Shown: one piece after another, positions 50,617 through 60,366 of the stretch
Position numbering within the stretch: position 1 is the first letter of the stretch
How the letters are laid out: every line of letters starts with the position of its first letter
DNA from: Armatimonadota bacterium
Lineage (GTDB): Bacteria; Sysuimicrobiota; Sysuimicrobiia; Sysuimicrobiales; Humicultoraceae
Length of the DNA stretch: 64,000 nucleotides
Reading direction: 5' to 3'
Assembly (NCBI GenBank): GCA_052386995.1
Contig: JBQTJP010000110.1
Location: 50,730 to 114,729 of the forward strand
Notes under the pieces: generated by a model
What the model was told of the DNA's origin: nothing
The model's database searches: none
What the model saw: only the letters and a program-made list of their open reading frames with translations
Made by a program: the position numbers and the translations under genes

Positions 50617-52046
50617 GGGTCTCGACCGCGGTCCTGCTCGCCTGGCGCACCTTCCAGACACGGCCTCGCCGCACCGCCATTCTGCTGCTCGGCTTCGGCG
50701 TCGGCGTGGCGGTGATGATCGCGCTGCTCGCCGTGGGTGATGCGCTGCTCGTCCAGGCGCAGGACCGGGACGTCGTCTCAGGTGGCGATCTGGTCGTTCT
50801 GCCGGCCGGGATCGATCCCGAGGTGCTGAAGGTCGGCGCCGTCACCGGCATGTTCCTCTCCATTCCCAACGCCCGATTTCTCGTGCGCCAGGTGGTGATG
50901 GGTCCCCGATTCGCGCACACTGTCGAGGCCGCGTCACCGGAGATCACCGGCAAGCTGGTCTACGTGAAGACGCGTAACGGCATCGTCGCTGCCAGGGCGA
51001 GCGCGGTGATTCCCTCGGCGGCCGGCCGCAGCCGCAGCGCGCTGGCGATCGCCGACCCCGGGTGGACCGATACCGCGGACGATCGAGCGTGGCTCGCGCC
51101 GTCCGGGGCCGCGGTCCTGGAAGAGATCGACCGCTTTCATCCGCCGATGTCCGGACCCCAGGGGCGGAGCTGGGCCGAGTGGTGGTACTTCAATTTCGCC
51201 GATCCGGACGGGATGGCGGGATACATCTCATTCATCGCGGATCGCGAGCGCAGGGTGCTGGTGAGCGTCGCCATCGCACAGCCGGGCGGACGCGCGGCGC
51301 GCTGGCAGGAGACGCACGCCAACGGGACGCTGCCGGAATCAGGGACGACGTATCGGGCCGGCCCGCATGTGATCGATCTGCGCGAGGGAGTGTACCACGT
51401 GCGCCTGAGGAGGCCCGGGTTCTTCGCGCAGCTGCAGTTCCGGCCGGTCCCGCATCTGTACTTTCCACCCGTGGAGTGGCAGGCCGGCGCTTTTCGCTCG
51501 GGCTACGTCGTGCCGGCACTGCGGGCGTCTGTGACCGGCGAGGTGCGCCTGGGAGCCGAGCCGATCCGCGTGCAGGGGACCGGGTACCACGATCACAACT
51601 GGGGCGTCTGGCAGGCCGTGACCTGGGAGTGGGGGACCGCGAGCACCCCGGAGTTCGCGCTGCTCGCCGGCCTCGTGCGGCATCCCTCCCTCGCCGGCCA
51701 GCAGATGCTCGTGACGCTGCATGGCCAGGACGGCGGACGCAGCGGCCTGCTGGCGATCCTGCGCGGATCACCACCGGTACTGAGCGAGTGGCGGGCGGGG
51801 CCCGAGGTCCGAGGGTTCACGCTGCGCGTGCCCGGGCGGCTCCGGTACGCGGCGGCGAACGATGCGGGAGATCGCCTTGCCGTCGAGATCACAGCCGGCG
51901 ATATCGCTGCGACACCCGTTGAAAAGCATGTCTTCCTTCAGATACGGGGAGGGTATAAGGTGGAAGGGTACATTGGAGGGCGGAGGGTCGCGTTTACCAC
52001 CGCGGGTTTCGCCGAAACGTTTATCCCGCTGCCATCTCGTCCATAG
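50613..52046 (+). CDS. MacB-type N-terminal half fused to AttH/CrtC-like lipocalin domains
   Basis: LAWRTFQTRPRRTAILLLGFGVGVAVMIAL (MacB TM1); AEWWYFNF, GYHDHNWG, WEW motifs of the AttH/CrtC family. Confidence 0.75.
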   Translation: MRVSTAVLLAWRTFQTRPRRTAILLLGFGVGVAVMIALLAVGDALLVQAQDRDVVSGGDLVVLPAGIDPEVLKVGAVTGMFLSIPNARFLVRQVVMGPRFAHTVEAASPEITGKLVYVKTRNGIVAARASAVIPSAAGRSRSALAIADPGWTDTADDRAWLAPSGAAVLEEIDRFHPPMSGPQGRSWAEWWYFNFADPDGMAGYISFIADRERRVLVSVAIAQPGGRAARWQETHANGTLPESGTTYRAGPHVIDLREGVYHVRLRRPGFFAQLQFRPVPHLYFPPVEWQAGAFRSGYVVPALRASVTGEVRLGAEPIRVQGTGYHDHNWGVWQAVTWEWGTASTPEFALLAGLVRHPSLAGQQMLVTLHGQDGGRSGLLAILRGSPPVLSEWRAGPEVRGFTLRVPGRLRYAAANDAGDRLAVEITAGDIAATPVEKHVFLQIRGGYKVEGYIGGRRVAFTTAGFAETFIPLPSRP

Positions 52047-52054
52047 GTGACGAT

Positions 52055-52894
52055 GTGACTCGACGACAGTTTCTGTGGAGGGTGCTTGAAGTCACGCTGG
52101 GTGCCGGCGCGATCGGTGCCGGCGGGCTGGGCTACGCGACCGCGGTCGAGCCCGACTGGATCGACATCACCCGCATCACGCTGAAGCTACGACGGCTCTC
52201 GCCGGCCTTTCACGGGTACCGGATGGCCCACATCAGCGACATCCACATCGACGACTGGATGCGGGAGCGCCTGCCGGGGATTGTGCGGCTCATCAACGCT
52301 CAGCAGCCGGACCTGGTCGCGATCACCGGCGACTTCGTGACGAATCGCCCTCGGCGGTACGCGGAAGATATGGTCGCGGCGCTCACGCCGCTGCACGGGC
52401 GCGACGCCGTCGTCGCGGTGCTGGGGAATCACGATCACTGGACCAGCGCGTCGACCATCCGAACCGTTCTCAAAAGCAGCGGGATCGTCGAGATTGGAAA
52501 CCGCGTCCACACCGTGCGCCGGGGTGAGGCCTCCCTGCACGTGGCCGGGGTGGATGACTACATGGTCCGCGCGGACCGACTGGATCGCGTGCTCGAACGG
52601 CTGCCCGTCGAGGGCGCGGCGATCCTGCTGGTCCACGAGCCGGACTTCGCCGATGTCAGCGCGGCCACCACACGCTTTGATCTCCAGATCTCCGGCCATT
52701 CCCATGGCGGCCAGATCAGGCTGCCCATGATCGGCGCGCCTTATCTGCCGCCGTACGCGAGAAAGTATCCCATGGGGCTGTACCAGGTCGGGGCGATGTA
52801 CCAGTACACCAACCGCGGCCTGGGGATGCTCGGACCGCGTATCCGGCTCAACTGCCGTCCCGAGATCACTGTGCTTACATTGCAGGCCGGTTAG
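52055..52894 (+). CDS. Tat-exported metallophosphoesterase (YkuE-like)
   Basis: TRRQFL; SDIH, TGDF, GNHD, HEPD, SGHSHGGQ. Confidence 0.9.
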   Translation: MTRRQFLWRVLEVTLGAGAIGAGGLGYATAVEPDWIDITRITLKLRRLSPAFHGYRMAHISDIHIDDWMRERLPGIVRLINAQQPDLVAITGDFVTNRPRRYAEDMVAALTPLHGRDAVVAVLGNHDHWTSASTIRTVLKSSGIVEIGNRVHTVRRGEASLHVAGVDDYMVRADRLDRVLERLPVEGAAILLVHEPDFADVSAATTRFDLQISGHSHGGQIRLPMIGAPYLPPYARKYPMGLYQVGAMYQYTNRGLGMLGPRIRLNCRPEITVLTLQAG

Positions 52895-52909
52895 GCCGTT
52901 GACCGACGG

Positions 52910-54463
52910 CTAACGCGGCGCCAGCCAGGTCCGCCGAATCCCGTAGTACGATTGGTTCGGCCAGTGCTCGAACCCCTGCACGTTCTTGCGCACCGCCTCG
53001 AACGTCGTCGAATGGAAGAGCATGACCATCGGGACCAGCTCCTGCAGGCGCATCTGGGCCTGCTCGTAGAGGCGCTTGCGCTGGGCCTCATTCGCCGTGG
53101 CCTGCGCGTCTTCGACGAACTTGTCGAACGTCGGATCGCCGAAGTTGATGTAGTTGCGCGCGTCGCCGCTGCGGAAGTTGTTGAACAGGTAGTCGTCGGG
53201 ATCGGTCTGGCCCGAGGTACCCAGGATCGTGAGCGTGTAGCGCTTTGCGAAGACCGTGGGCAGGTAGACGCTCCAATCGGCGGCGACGATTCGCAGGCGA
53301 ATGCCGGCTTTCGCCATCTGCGCCTGAATGATCTCCGCGGGCGTGCGCAAGAAGTCGTAGGTGCTCGTCACGTAGAGATCGGCTTCGAACCCGTTGGGAT
53401 GGCCCGCCTCGGCGAGCAGGCGCTTGGCCCGATCGACATCCGTCTTGTCGTAGACGTTGCGGGACATCGCGAAGAAGTTCCCGGGCGGGATCACGTGGCC
53501 GGTGGCCTCGATGCCGCCCACCCCGAACAACGCGGTGTCGATGATCTCTTTACGGTTGACCAACCAGGCCATGGCCTGCCGGACGCGCACGTTGTTGAAC
53601 GGCGCGATCGAGTTGTTGATGTAAATGGCTCTAAAGTTGGCCGACGGGCCGCCGACGACCTCGACGTTGGCATCGTTGCGCAGAGCCCGAACTTCGGATG
53701 ACGGCACGTACTCGATGAAGTCCACGGTGCCGGTGCGAATCGCGGTCGCGCGCGCCACGGCGTCCGGGAAGTAGACGAACTCGATCCGGTCGAGGTAGGG
53801 AAGCCGCCGGCCGCTCGCGTCGGTCTCCCAGTAGTCGCCGCTTCGCACCAGCGTCATCCGCTGCTGCGGCGTGTAGCCGACGAAGCGGAACGGACCGGTG
53901 CCGACGGGATTTTCATTCAAGCCGCCCGGGGCGTCGGCGACCTCCTTGGGGACGATCGCGGCCGAAATCGAGCCGGAGAGTTTGGCCAGCAGCGGAGCGA
54001 AGGACTTCTTCATCTTGAAGACGGCGGTGTATGGGTCGGCCGCCGTCACCGAGTCCACGTCGGCAAAGTCGCCCGCGCGGGGCGAGCGGGTCCGAGGATC
54101 TTTGATTCGCGTGATGGTGTAGACGACGTCTTCGGCCGTCATCGGCCGGCCGTTGTGGAACTTGACGTTGCGCCGCAGGTGGAACGTCCAGGTCAGGCCA
54201 TCGGTCGACGTCGTCCACGATTCCGCCAGGCCCGGGGTAAACCGGCCGGACGCACTGTAGAACACGAGTGTGTCGTAGACATGCTCCATCATATTGCGCG
54301 TCGCCGTAGCGGTGGCCAGGTGGGGGTCCAATCCGACCGGGTCGGTCTGCATCCCCATGCGCAGAGTGCCACCATAACGCGGCCCCGTTGTCTGCGCGAC
54401 CGACGGCGCGAGAGTGCCGGCCAGCAGGAATACTGCAAGCAGTACAGAAGCGAGGGTGCGCAT
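52910..54463 (-). CDS. ABC transporter substrate-binding protein, family 5 (DppA/OppA-like)
   Basis: Signal peptide, YGGTL, LAESW, VKFHNG, GTGPF, VRQAM; ATG 54463 with GGAGG. Confidence 0.93.
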   Translation of the reverse strand: MRTLASVLLAVFLLAGTLAPSVAQTTGPRYGGTLRMGMQTDPVGLDPHLATATATRNMMEHVYDTLVFYSASGRFTPGLAESWTTSTDGLTWTFHLRRNVKFHNGRPMTAEDVVYTITRIKDPRTRSPRAGDFADVDSVTAADPYTAVFKMKKSFAPLLAKLSGSISAAIVPKEVADAPGGLNENPVGTGPFRFVGYTPQQRMTLVRSGDYWETDASGRRLPYLDRIEFVYFPDAVARATAIRTGTVDFIEYVPSSEVRALRNDANVEVVGGPSANFRAIYINNSIAPFNNVRVRQAMAWLVNRKEIIDTALFGVGGIEATGHVIPPGNFFAMSRNVYDKTDVDRAKRLLAEAGHPNGFEADLYVTSTYDFLRTPAEIIQAQMAKAGIRLRIVAADWSVYLPTVFAKRYTLTILGTSGQTDPDDYLFNNFRSGDARNYINFGDPTFDKFVEDAQATANEAQRKRLYEQAQMRLQELVPMVMLFHSTTFEAVRKNVQGFEHWPNQSYYGIRRTWLAPR

Positions 54464-54647
54464 CGCAGTGTCCTCCAGTCCCGACGGGCTCGCCCGGCGG
54501 GTCATTGGGTACCTTTCCGATAGGTTCACTTCGTGCGTGATGGGGATTCCTTCTGCCCTCGGGGCTCTCCTGCCCGCGTCCGCGACGGGACGCCGCGCGA
54601 GGTACTCCAGAGCCGGACGGAGACTTGTAGAACCTACGTATCGCCAC

Positions 54648-56414
54648 ATGAGCACTCTTGCCGCACGCTCGAATGCGCAAAGCATCGCCTCCCTCCAGGA
54701 CACCCCGGTCGGGCGGGTCCGGGCGATCGGCATCATCACCGCGATGGGCCTTGCGGCGGTTGATGCCTGGGCCGGCCGGCACGCCATGACCCACGACGGC
54801 ATCTCCTACCTCGACATGAGCGACGGAGTCCTGCAGGGCAATTGGGCCGGGGCCGTCAACGGCCACTGGAGCCCGCTGTATCCGTGGCTGCTGGCGGCGG
54901 CGCGGTGGATCGTAGGGACCGATCCGCAGTGGGAGTTTCCGCTCGTGCACGCGGTCAATCTCCTCCTGTTTCTTGGGACGCTGGCCGCGTTCGACTTCCT
55001 GCTTCGCGAGGTGCTGCGGTCTCGCGTAGACGCGGGGAGATCGGGTGCGCCCGCATGGGTCGTGGCCACGGTTGGCTACGTGATCTTTCTCTGGTCCTCG
55101 CTGAATCTGATAGGGACGGGGTTTGTGGCACCCGACTTCGCCGTCGCGGCGTGCGCGTATCTGGCGGCGGGGCTCGTCCTCCGCTGCAGGCGCGAGCCGG
55201 CGCCGTTGATGTCGTGGGCCGCGCTGGGTTTGGCGCTCGGGCTGGGATATCTTGCCAAGGCGCCAATGTTTCCGCTCGGGATGGTCTTCCTCGTGCTTGC
55301 GGTGGTTCCGCGGCCGCGCACGATTGTGCTCCCGCATCTGCTGTCCCGCGCGGGCCTGGCGCTGGCCGTGTTTCTGCTGGTTGCGGCCGTGCACGTCGCC
55401 GGTCTCTACGCGACGAAGGGGCGGTTGACGCTCGGCGACAGTGCGTGGCTGAACTATCTGTGGCACGTGAACCGCGTGGGCGTGCTGCACTATCAGGGCG
55501 GGCGGCCCGACCTTGGCACGCCACGCAATCCGACGCGGATGATTGCCGACGATCCCGCGGCCTATGAGTTCGCAGGTCCGGTCGTTGCGACGTACCCTCC
55601 GTGGTTCGATCCGGCGTACTGGTATCGGGGCCTCCGGCCGCGCCCCGACCCCAAGGGACATCTGATCACGGCCAAGTGGAGCCTGCGGCTGTACGGCACT
55701 GAGCACGCGCTTCGTCACTGGCTGCCAAGCGGCATGGCATTGATTTTCGTGGGCGCCTATCTCACACGGCGCCGGTGGTGGAGTGTCGAGGCCCTGGTCC
55801 GTCACACGGTCCTCTGGACCGCCGGGGCGGCCGCCCTGACGATGTACGCGGTTATCCATCTTGAGTCCCGGTACATTGCGCCGTTTGTGACCCTGTTGTG
55901 GTTGGGCGCGGTGACAGGTGTGAGGCTTCCGCCCGGGAGGCAGGTCATTCGAAGCGCGAGTATCGTGTTGGTCGCGGTGCTCATGGTGCACGCTGCGCTG
56001 GTGGTGGTTGTGACGGCCCGAGGCGCCCGCGCTATCCGGCGTGAGTCGATCGCACATCGGTCGTCGCGCCCGGTCGATGTCCACTGGCGGGTCGCCCAGG
56101 CTCTACGGCAGATGGATATGCAGCCGGGCGATCGCGTCGCCGTCATCGGCCCCGGTATCCGCGCGTACTGGGCGCGGCTCGGGCGCCTGCGAATCGTGGC
56201 CGAAGTGCCGGCCTGGGAGGAAGGCGAGTTCTGGACGGCCGAGGCGCGGACGCGGCAGGCAATCCTTGACCGGTTTGCGGCAGTGGGCGCGAAGATCGTG
56301 GTCCACGAGATCAGCGCCCGCCCCGAGGCCCGCCGCGTGACCATTGACTATGACGCGATGGGCTGGCAGCGGATCGGTGGCACCGACTATTACGCGCGCA
56401 TCCTCGGAAAGTGA
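54648..56414 (+). CDS. Polytopic membrane protein, GT-C (ArnT/PMT-like) glycosyltransferase candidate
   Basis: HDGISYLD after TM1, WSPLYPWLL, PD motif, LGYLAKAP, ESRYIAP; about 11 TMs and a soluble C-terminus. Confidence 0.65.
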   Translation: MSTLAARSNAQSIASLQDTPVGRVRAIGIITAMGLAAVDAWAGRHAMTHDGISYLDMSDGVLQGNWAGAVNGHWSPLYPWLLAAARWIVGTDPQWEFPLVHAVNLLLFLGTLAAFDFLLREVLRSRVDAGRSGAPAWVVATVGYVIFLWSSLNLIGTGFVAPDFAVAACAYLAAGLVLRCRREPAPLMSWAALGLALGLGYLAKAPMFPLGMVFLVLAVVPRPRTIVLPHLLSRAGLALAVFLLVAAVHVAGLYATKGRLTLGDSAWLNYLWHVNRVGVLHYQGGRPDLGTPRNPTRMIADDPAAYEFAGPVVATYPPWFDPAYWYRGLRPRPDPKGHLITAKWSLRLYGTEHALRHWLPSGMALIFVGAYLTRRRWWSVEALVRHTVLWTAGAAALTMYAVIHLESRYIAPFVTLLWLGAVTGVRLPPGRQVIRSASIVLVAVLMVHAALVVVVTARGARAIRRESIAHRSSRPVDVHWRVAQALRQMDMQPGDRVAVIGPGIRAYWARLGRLRIVAEVPAWEEGEFWTAEARTRQAILDRFAAVGAKIVVHEISARPEARRVTIDYDAMGWQRIGGTDYYARILGK

Positions 56415-56422
56415 ACGGCAGG

Positions 56423-57307
56423 CTAGGCGGTGCGCATGTGGGGATCGAGCGCGTCGCGGATCCCGTCTCCCAGCAGGTTGAAGCCCAAAACGGTGATGGT
56501 GATGGCCATCCCAGGGCCGATGGCCGGCCACGCGCTGAACGTCATGACGGCCCGGCCCTCCGCGATCATCTGCCCCCAGGTCGGGGCGGGCGGCTGAGTT
56601 CCTAATCCCAAGAACGACAGCGCGGCCTCGGCCAGGATCGCCAGCGCGAGCCGCAGCGTGCTTTCGACGACCAACGGCGCGATGGCGTTCGGGAGGATAT
56701 GCTTGCGGAGGATGCGCGCGTCCCCGGCGCCGATCGCACCCGCAGCATCGACGTACTCTTCGTGGCGGACCGAGAGGACCGCGGCGCGCGCGACCCGCGC
56801 CATCGGGGCGGTATAGATGATCGCGATGGCCAGCACGACGTTCCAAAAGCCGCCGCCCAGGAATGCCAGCAGCCCGATGGCTAGCAGAATCGCCGGAAAC
56901 GCCAGCATGATGTCCGTGAGCCGCATGACCAGCGAATCGGCCCACCCACCCCAGTAGCCCGAAGCGGCGCCGATGCTGCCGCCGGTCGCCAGCGCCAGCC
57001 CGACCGACAGCGCGCCGACCGCCAGCGAGATTCGTCCGCCGTAGAGCACGCGCGTGAATGTGTCCCTGCCGTACAGGTCGTTGCCGAGCAGGTGCGCCCC
57101 GCTGGGCTGCGCCAGGCGCTGCTCCGGCGCGATCTGCACCGGGTCGTACGTGGTCAACAGCGGCGCGAAGATGGCCCCACTGAATGCCAGCAGGATCAGG
57201 ATGCCGCCGATCCGCGCGCTTGGATGCCGCGCGAGCCGGGCGCCCAGGCGCCAGCGGCGCGCGACGACCAGGCTACTCGTATCGGATGCGAGGGTCGAGG
57301 AAGCCAT
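56423..57307 (-). CDS. Peptide/nickel ABC permease (DppC-like)
   Basis: HLLGNDLYGRD, KHILPN, EAALSFLGLG, FNLLGDGIRDALDP. Confidence 0.93.
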   Translation of the reverse strand: MASSTLASDTSSLVVARRWRLGARLARHPSARIGGILILLAFSGAIFAPLLTTYDPVQIAPEQRLAQPSGAHLLGNDLYGRDTFTRVLYGGRISLAVGALSVGLALATGGSIGAASGYWGGWADSLVMRLTDIMLAFPAILLAIGLLAFLGGGFWNVVLAIAIIYTAPMARVARAAVLSVRHEEYVDAAGAIGAGDARILRKHILPNAIAPLVVESTLRLALAILAEAALSFLGLGTQPPAPTWGQMIAEGRAVMTFSAWPAIGPGMAITITVLGFNLLGDGIRDALDPHMRTA

Positions 57308-58223
57308 AACACACATCGACGAACAGATTCACCAGCGTAAATGACAGCGCGATGGCCAGCACGGCGCCCTGGATCACGGGGTAGTCGCGGAGGTTGATGC
57401 CCTCGAGCGCGAAGCGGCCGATCCCAGGCAGGCTGAAGATCTGCTCGATGATCACCGTGCCACCGAGGAGCGTCCCGAACTGCAGGCCGATGACGGTGAC
57501 CACGGGGATCAGGGCGTTGCGCAGCGCGTGCCGCAGCACCACGGCGGATTCCCACAGGCCTTTCGCGCGCGCCGTGCGGATGTAGTGCCGGCTGAGGACC
57601 TCCAGCAGGCTGCTGCGGACGATGCGCGTGCTGGCCGCGGCCAGGACCAGGCCCAACGACAGCGCGGGCAGGATCATGTGCAGCAGGTTGCCCGATAGAC
57701 TTTCACCCGGCGAGATGTACCCGGTCGGGGGCAGCCACCCCAGCCGCAGGGCAAAGAGCAAGATGAGCAGCACCCCCAGCCAGAACGACGGCACGGAGAG
57801 ACCCAGCAGGACGAACGCCGTGGCGAGATAGTCGGCTACGCGGCCGCGTCTCAACGCAGCAAGGATGCCGACAGGAACGCCGATGGCGACGGCGACGAGG
57901 AGGCCCATGAAGGCGAGCTGGAGCGTGACCGGAAAACGGCGCGCGAGCTCCGGACCCACCGCGCGGTCGGTGCGCAGCGATCTGCCCAGATCGCCGCGGG
58001 CGACGTTGGACATGTAGTCGGCAAACTGAACGTGCAGCGGGCGGTCGACACCGAAGAGCTTCCGGAGCTCCTCTGCGCGTCCGCGCGGCAGGTTGGCTTC
58101 GAGACCGATGAGTTGCGTGACGACGTCGCCGGGCACGAGCCGGATCAGCAGGAAGACCGCGGTGACGACCCCCAGCACCGTGGGAACGGCCAGGATGAGC
58201 CGGCGGATCAGGTACGCGCCCAT
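57273..58223 (-). CDS. Peptide/nickel ABC permease (DppB-like)
   Basis: GDLGRS, PSFWLG, YIRTARAKGL, HALRNAL, RDYPVIQG. Confidence 0.93.
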   Translation of the reverse strand: MGAYLIRRLILAVPTVLGVVTAVFLLIRLVPGDVVTQLIGLEANLPRGRAEELRKLFGVDRPLHVQFADYMSNVARGDLGRSLRTDRAVGPELARRFPVTLQLAFMGLLVAVAIGVPVGILAALRRGRVADYLATAFVLLGLSVPSFWLGVLLILLFALRLGWLPPTGYISPGESLSGNLLHMILPALSLGLVLAAASTRIVRSSLLEVLSRHYIRTARAKGLWESAVVLRHALRNALIPVVTVIGLQFGTLLGGTVIIEQIFSLPGIGRFALEGINLRDYPVIQGAVLAIALSFTLVNLFVDVCYGFLDPRIRYE

Positions 58224-58278
58224 GCTTGCGGACCAGTGTACTCTGTCGTATCCGTTCTTGGTATCATATCCGCACCGT

Positions 58279-58899
58279 ATGCCGCGAACCGTCGTCTATC
58301 TGATCCGCCACGCCGAGACCACTTGGAACGCCGAAGGCCGACTGCAGGGGACGCTCGACGCACCGCTGAGCGAGCGCGGGGTGCGTCAGGTTCTCCACCT
58401 GGTTGAGGCGCTCCGATCGGTCTCGCTCGCAGCGCTGTATTCGAGCCCTCTGCCACGGGCGCAGGCGACGGCGCGACCGCTGAGCGACGCGTGCGGCCAA
58501 CCCCTGCAGATCGTGGATGATCTCAGGGAAATGCATCAGGGGGACTGGGAGGGGCGCCTGGTCGAGGAAGTGGCGGCGGCAGACGGGGAGCGCCTGCAGG
58601 CCTGGCGGAACTCGCCGGCCGAGGTTCGCTTGCCCGGTGGGGAGAGTCTTGCCGACGTCCACACCCGTGCGATGCGCGCCTTCGGGGCGTTGATAACGCG
58701 TCACCGCCGCGAGACGATTGCGGTCGTTGCCCATGGCGGTGTGAACAGGGCGATCTTGTTGACGCTCCAGGGTGCACCGCTCGGAGACTTTCGGCAGATT
58801 CGGCAACACAATGCTTGCATGAATATCATCGAGGTTGACGAGGGGCGGTCTCGCGTGCTCACGCTCAACGACACGCGGCATCTGGGTGCGGACGCCTAG
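58279..58899 (+). CDS. Histidine phosphatase (PGAM/CobC-like)
   Basis: LIRHAETTWN, SSPLPRA, LREM, VAHGG. Confidence 0.9.
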   Translation: MPRTVVYLIRHAETTWNAEGRLQGTLDAPLSERGVRQVLHLVEALRSVSLAALYSSPLPRAQATARPLSDACGQPLQIVDDLREMHQGDWEGRLVEEVAAADGERLQAWRNSPAEVRLPGGESLADVHTRAMRAFGALITRHRRETIAVVAHGGVNRAILLTLQGAPLGDFRQIRQHNACMNIIEVDEGRSRVLTLNDTRHLGADA

Positions 58900-58901
58900 G
58901 G

Positions 58902-60212
58902 TCAGGCGGGTGTTTCCTCGTTGGGAAACCGACGGAAGACGGCGATCCCCGCGACGACGAAGGCGGCAGCCAGCAGCGGAACGACCCGGAGGCCCAGGCC
59001 GTACCCGAAGACACTCAAGGCGGCGCCGAGGATCGCCGAAGACACGCTCGTCGCACCGTTCAGGATCAATCCCTGGAACGCAAAGAACATTCCTTCCACG
59101 CGCTGCCCCGATTGACGCGCGGCGGCCTGCGTGATGTCGGCCAGGATCGCGTTCGGCAGTGTGAAGAGCGCCGCCAGCGCGGGCCCGGCCAGTGGAATCA
59201 ACACGTACCCCTGGACCGCGGCACTGATCGGTACCGGCCATAGCCCGATCGTCCCGATCAGCGGCACGATGACGGCGGCGACCGACATCGCCACCAGCAG
59301 CGTACGGTGACTGCCGATCCGGTGCCCGGCCGCCACGACGACAGGCGTGGCCAGGATGCTTGCGGCTACGCTCAGACCCAGCACCGCGCCGACCGACGTT
59401 TGGGGCAGGCCCATCAGCACCGTGACGATGAGTGCAAGGGCCAGTTGAATCACCGAGAGCCCGAGCCACAGCAAAGCGAACCCTGCGATGAAGATGCGGA
59501 AGGGCCGGTAGCCAAACACAATGTGCAAGGTCCGCGTAAAGTCCAGGCGCGCGTCATCGATGGGGCGTTCGCGTACGGCCAGCCCGGCTGCGATCAAAGC
59601 GAGCGCGCCGACGGGCGCCAGCACCAGGCCCATCGCGGCGAATCCCATGCGGGAGGCCAGAGGGCCCGAGGCGATATAGCCAACGGCGGTTCCCGCCAGA
59701 CTGAAGACCGCCTGGGCGGCAGCGGTGCCGACACGTTCGCGGCCCGCGCGCGTGACCTCGGGCAGCAGGGCCGTGTAGGGATTCAGCACGAGCGTGAAGA
59801 CGAGGAAGAAGATGCCGAGCAGCGCCGCGACGTACGCGAAGTTTGCGAACGTCGGCGTGGGGTCTGGAGGGCGCCAGATGAGCGCAAACGCGACCGCCAT
59901 GATCGGCGCGCCGATGAGAATGAAGGGGCGGCGTCGGCCGGCGGGGCCGCGGAGACGATCGCTCCAGTGCGCGACGAGCGGATCGGCGAGCGCATCGACC
60001 AGGCGGCCGAGGCCGAGCGCCACGCCGAGCAGGCCCGGCGTGACTCTCACGGGTAACCCCTGGCCGGGCGGCGGCGCGTAAAAGTAGAAGACCCAAAGCA
60101 GGACGGTCTGCTGCAGGAGGCTAGAGCCGAAGGTGCCGAGGCTGTACAACGCCCGGCGGGCCGGCGTGAGCACGGGCGAACTCAAGTCCAGTTGAGGCGG
60201 TCCGACAACCAT
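58902..60212 (-). CDS. MFS transporter (GPH/MelB-like)
   Basis: DALADPLVAHWSDR...GRRRPF, PYTALLPE, EGMFFA; likely ATG at 60212. Confidence 0.88.
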   Translation of the reverse strand: MVVGPPQLDLSSPVLTPARRALYSLGTFGSSLLQQTVLLWVFYFYAPPPGQGLPVRVTPGLLGVALGLGRLVDALADPLVAHWSDRLRGPAGRRRPFILIGAPIMAVAFALIWRPPDPTPTFANFAYVAALLGIFFLVFTLVLNPYTALLPEVTRAGRERVGTAAAQAVFSLAGTAVGYIASGPLASRMGFAAMGLVLAPVGALALIAAGLAVRERPIDDARLDFTRTLHIVFGYRPFRIFIAGFALLWLGLSVIQLALALIVTVLMGLPQTSVGAVLGLSVAASILATPVVVAAGHRIGSHRTLLVAMSVAAVIVPLIGTIGLWPVPISAAVQGYVLIPLAGPALAALFTLPNAILADITQAAARQSGQRVEGMFFAFQGLILNGATSVSSAILGAALSVFGYGLGLRVVPLLAAAFVVAGIAVFRRFPNEETPA

Positions 60213-60215
60213 TGA

Positions 60216-60366
60216 TCCGCCCACTGCTGCCGCACGCCTTCGGCCGGCGGAATCTCGGGTCGCGGGTGCACATCCCCGTTTGCCACATGGGAAAACTACC
60301 GCGAGGCTGCACCTGCACCTCCCCACCTGAGTTCTGGAAGCGGCCTCGGTGACCACAGGGGCGGGA
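60216..60366 (+). ncRNA. Candidate structured ncRNA (long irregular hairpin, 6S-like)
   Basis: Ends pair (tccgccc/gggcggga) and nested helices ggccg/cggcc, cggaa-ctcgggt/acctgag-ttctg, ggtgca/tgcacc; G-U pairs favour the + strand. Confidence 0.5.

Noticed and set aside
53913..56084. 723-aa minus-strand ORF
   Set aside because: Overlaps the GT-C-like gene in antisense and the binding-protein gene out of frame; Arg/Pro/His-rich shadow composition.
58279..58320. RHA instead of RHG in the histidine phosphatase
   Set aside because: A common tolerated variant; the catalytic Arg, His and second His are present.
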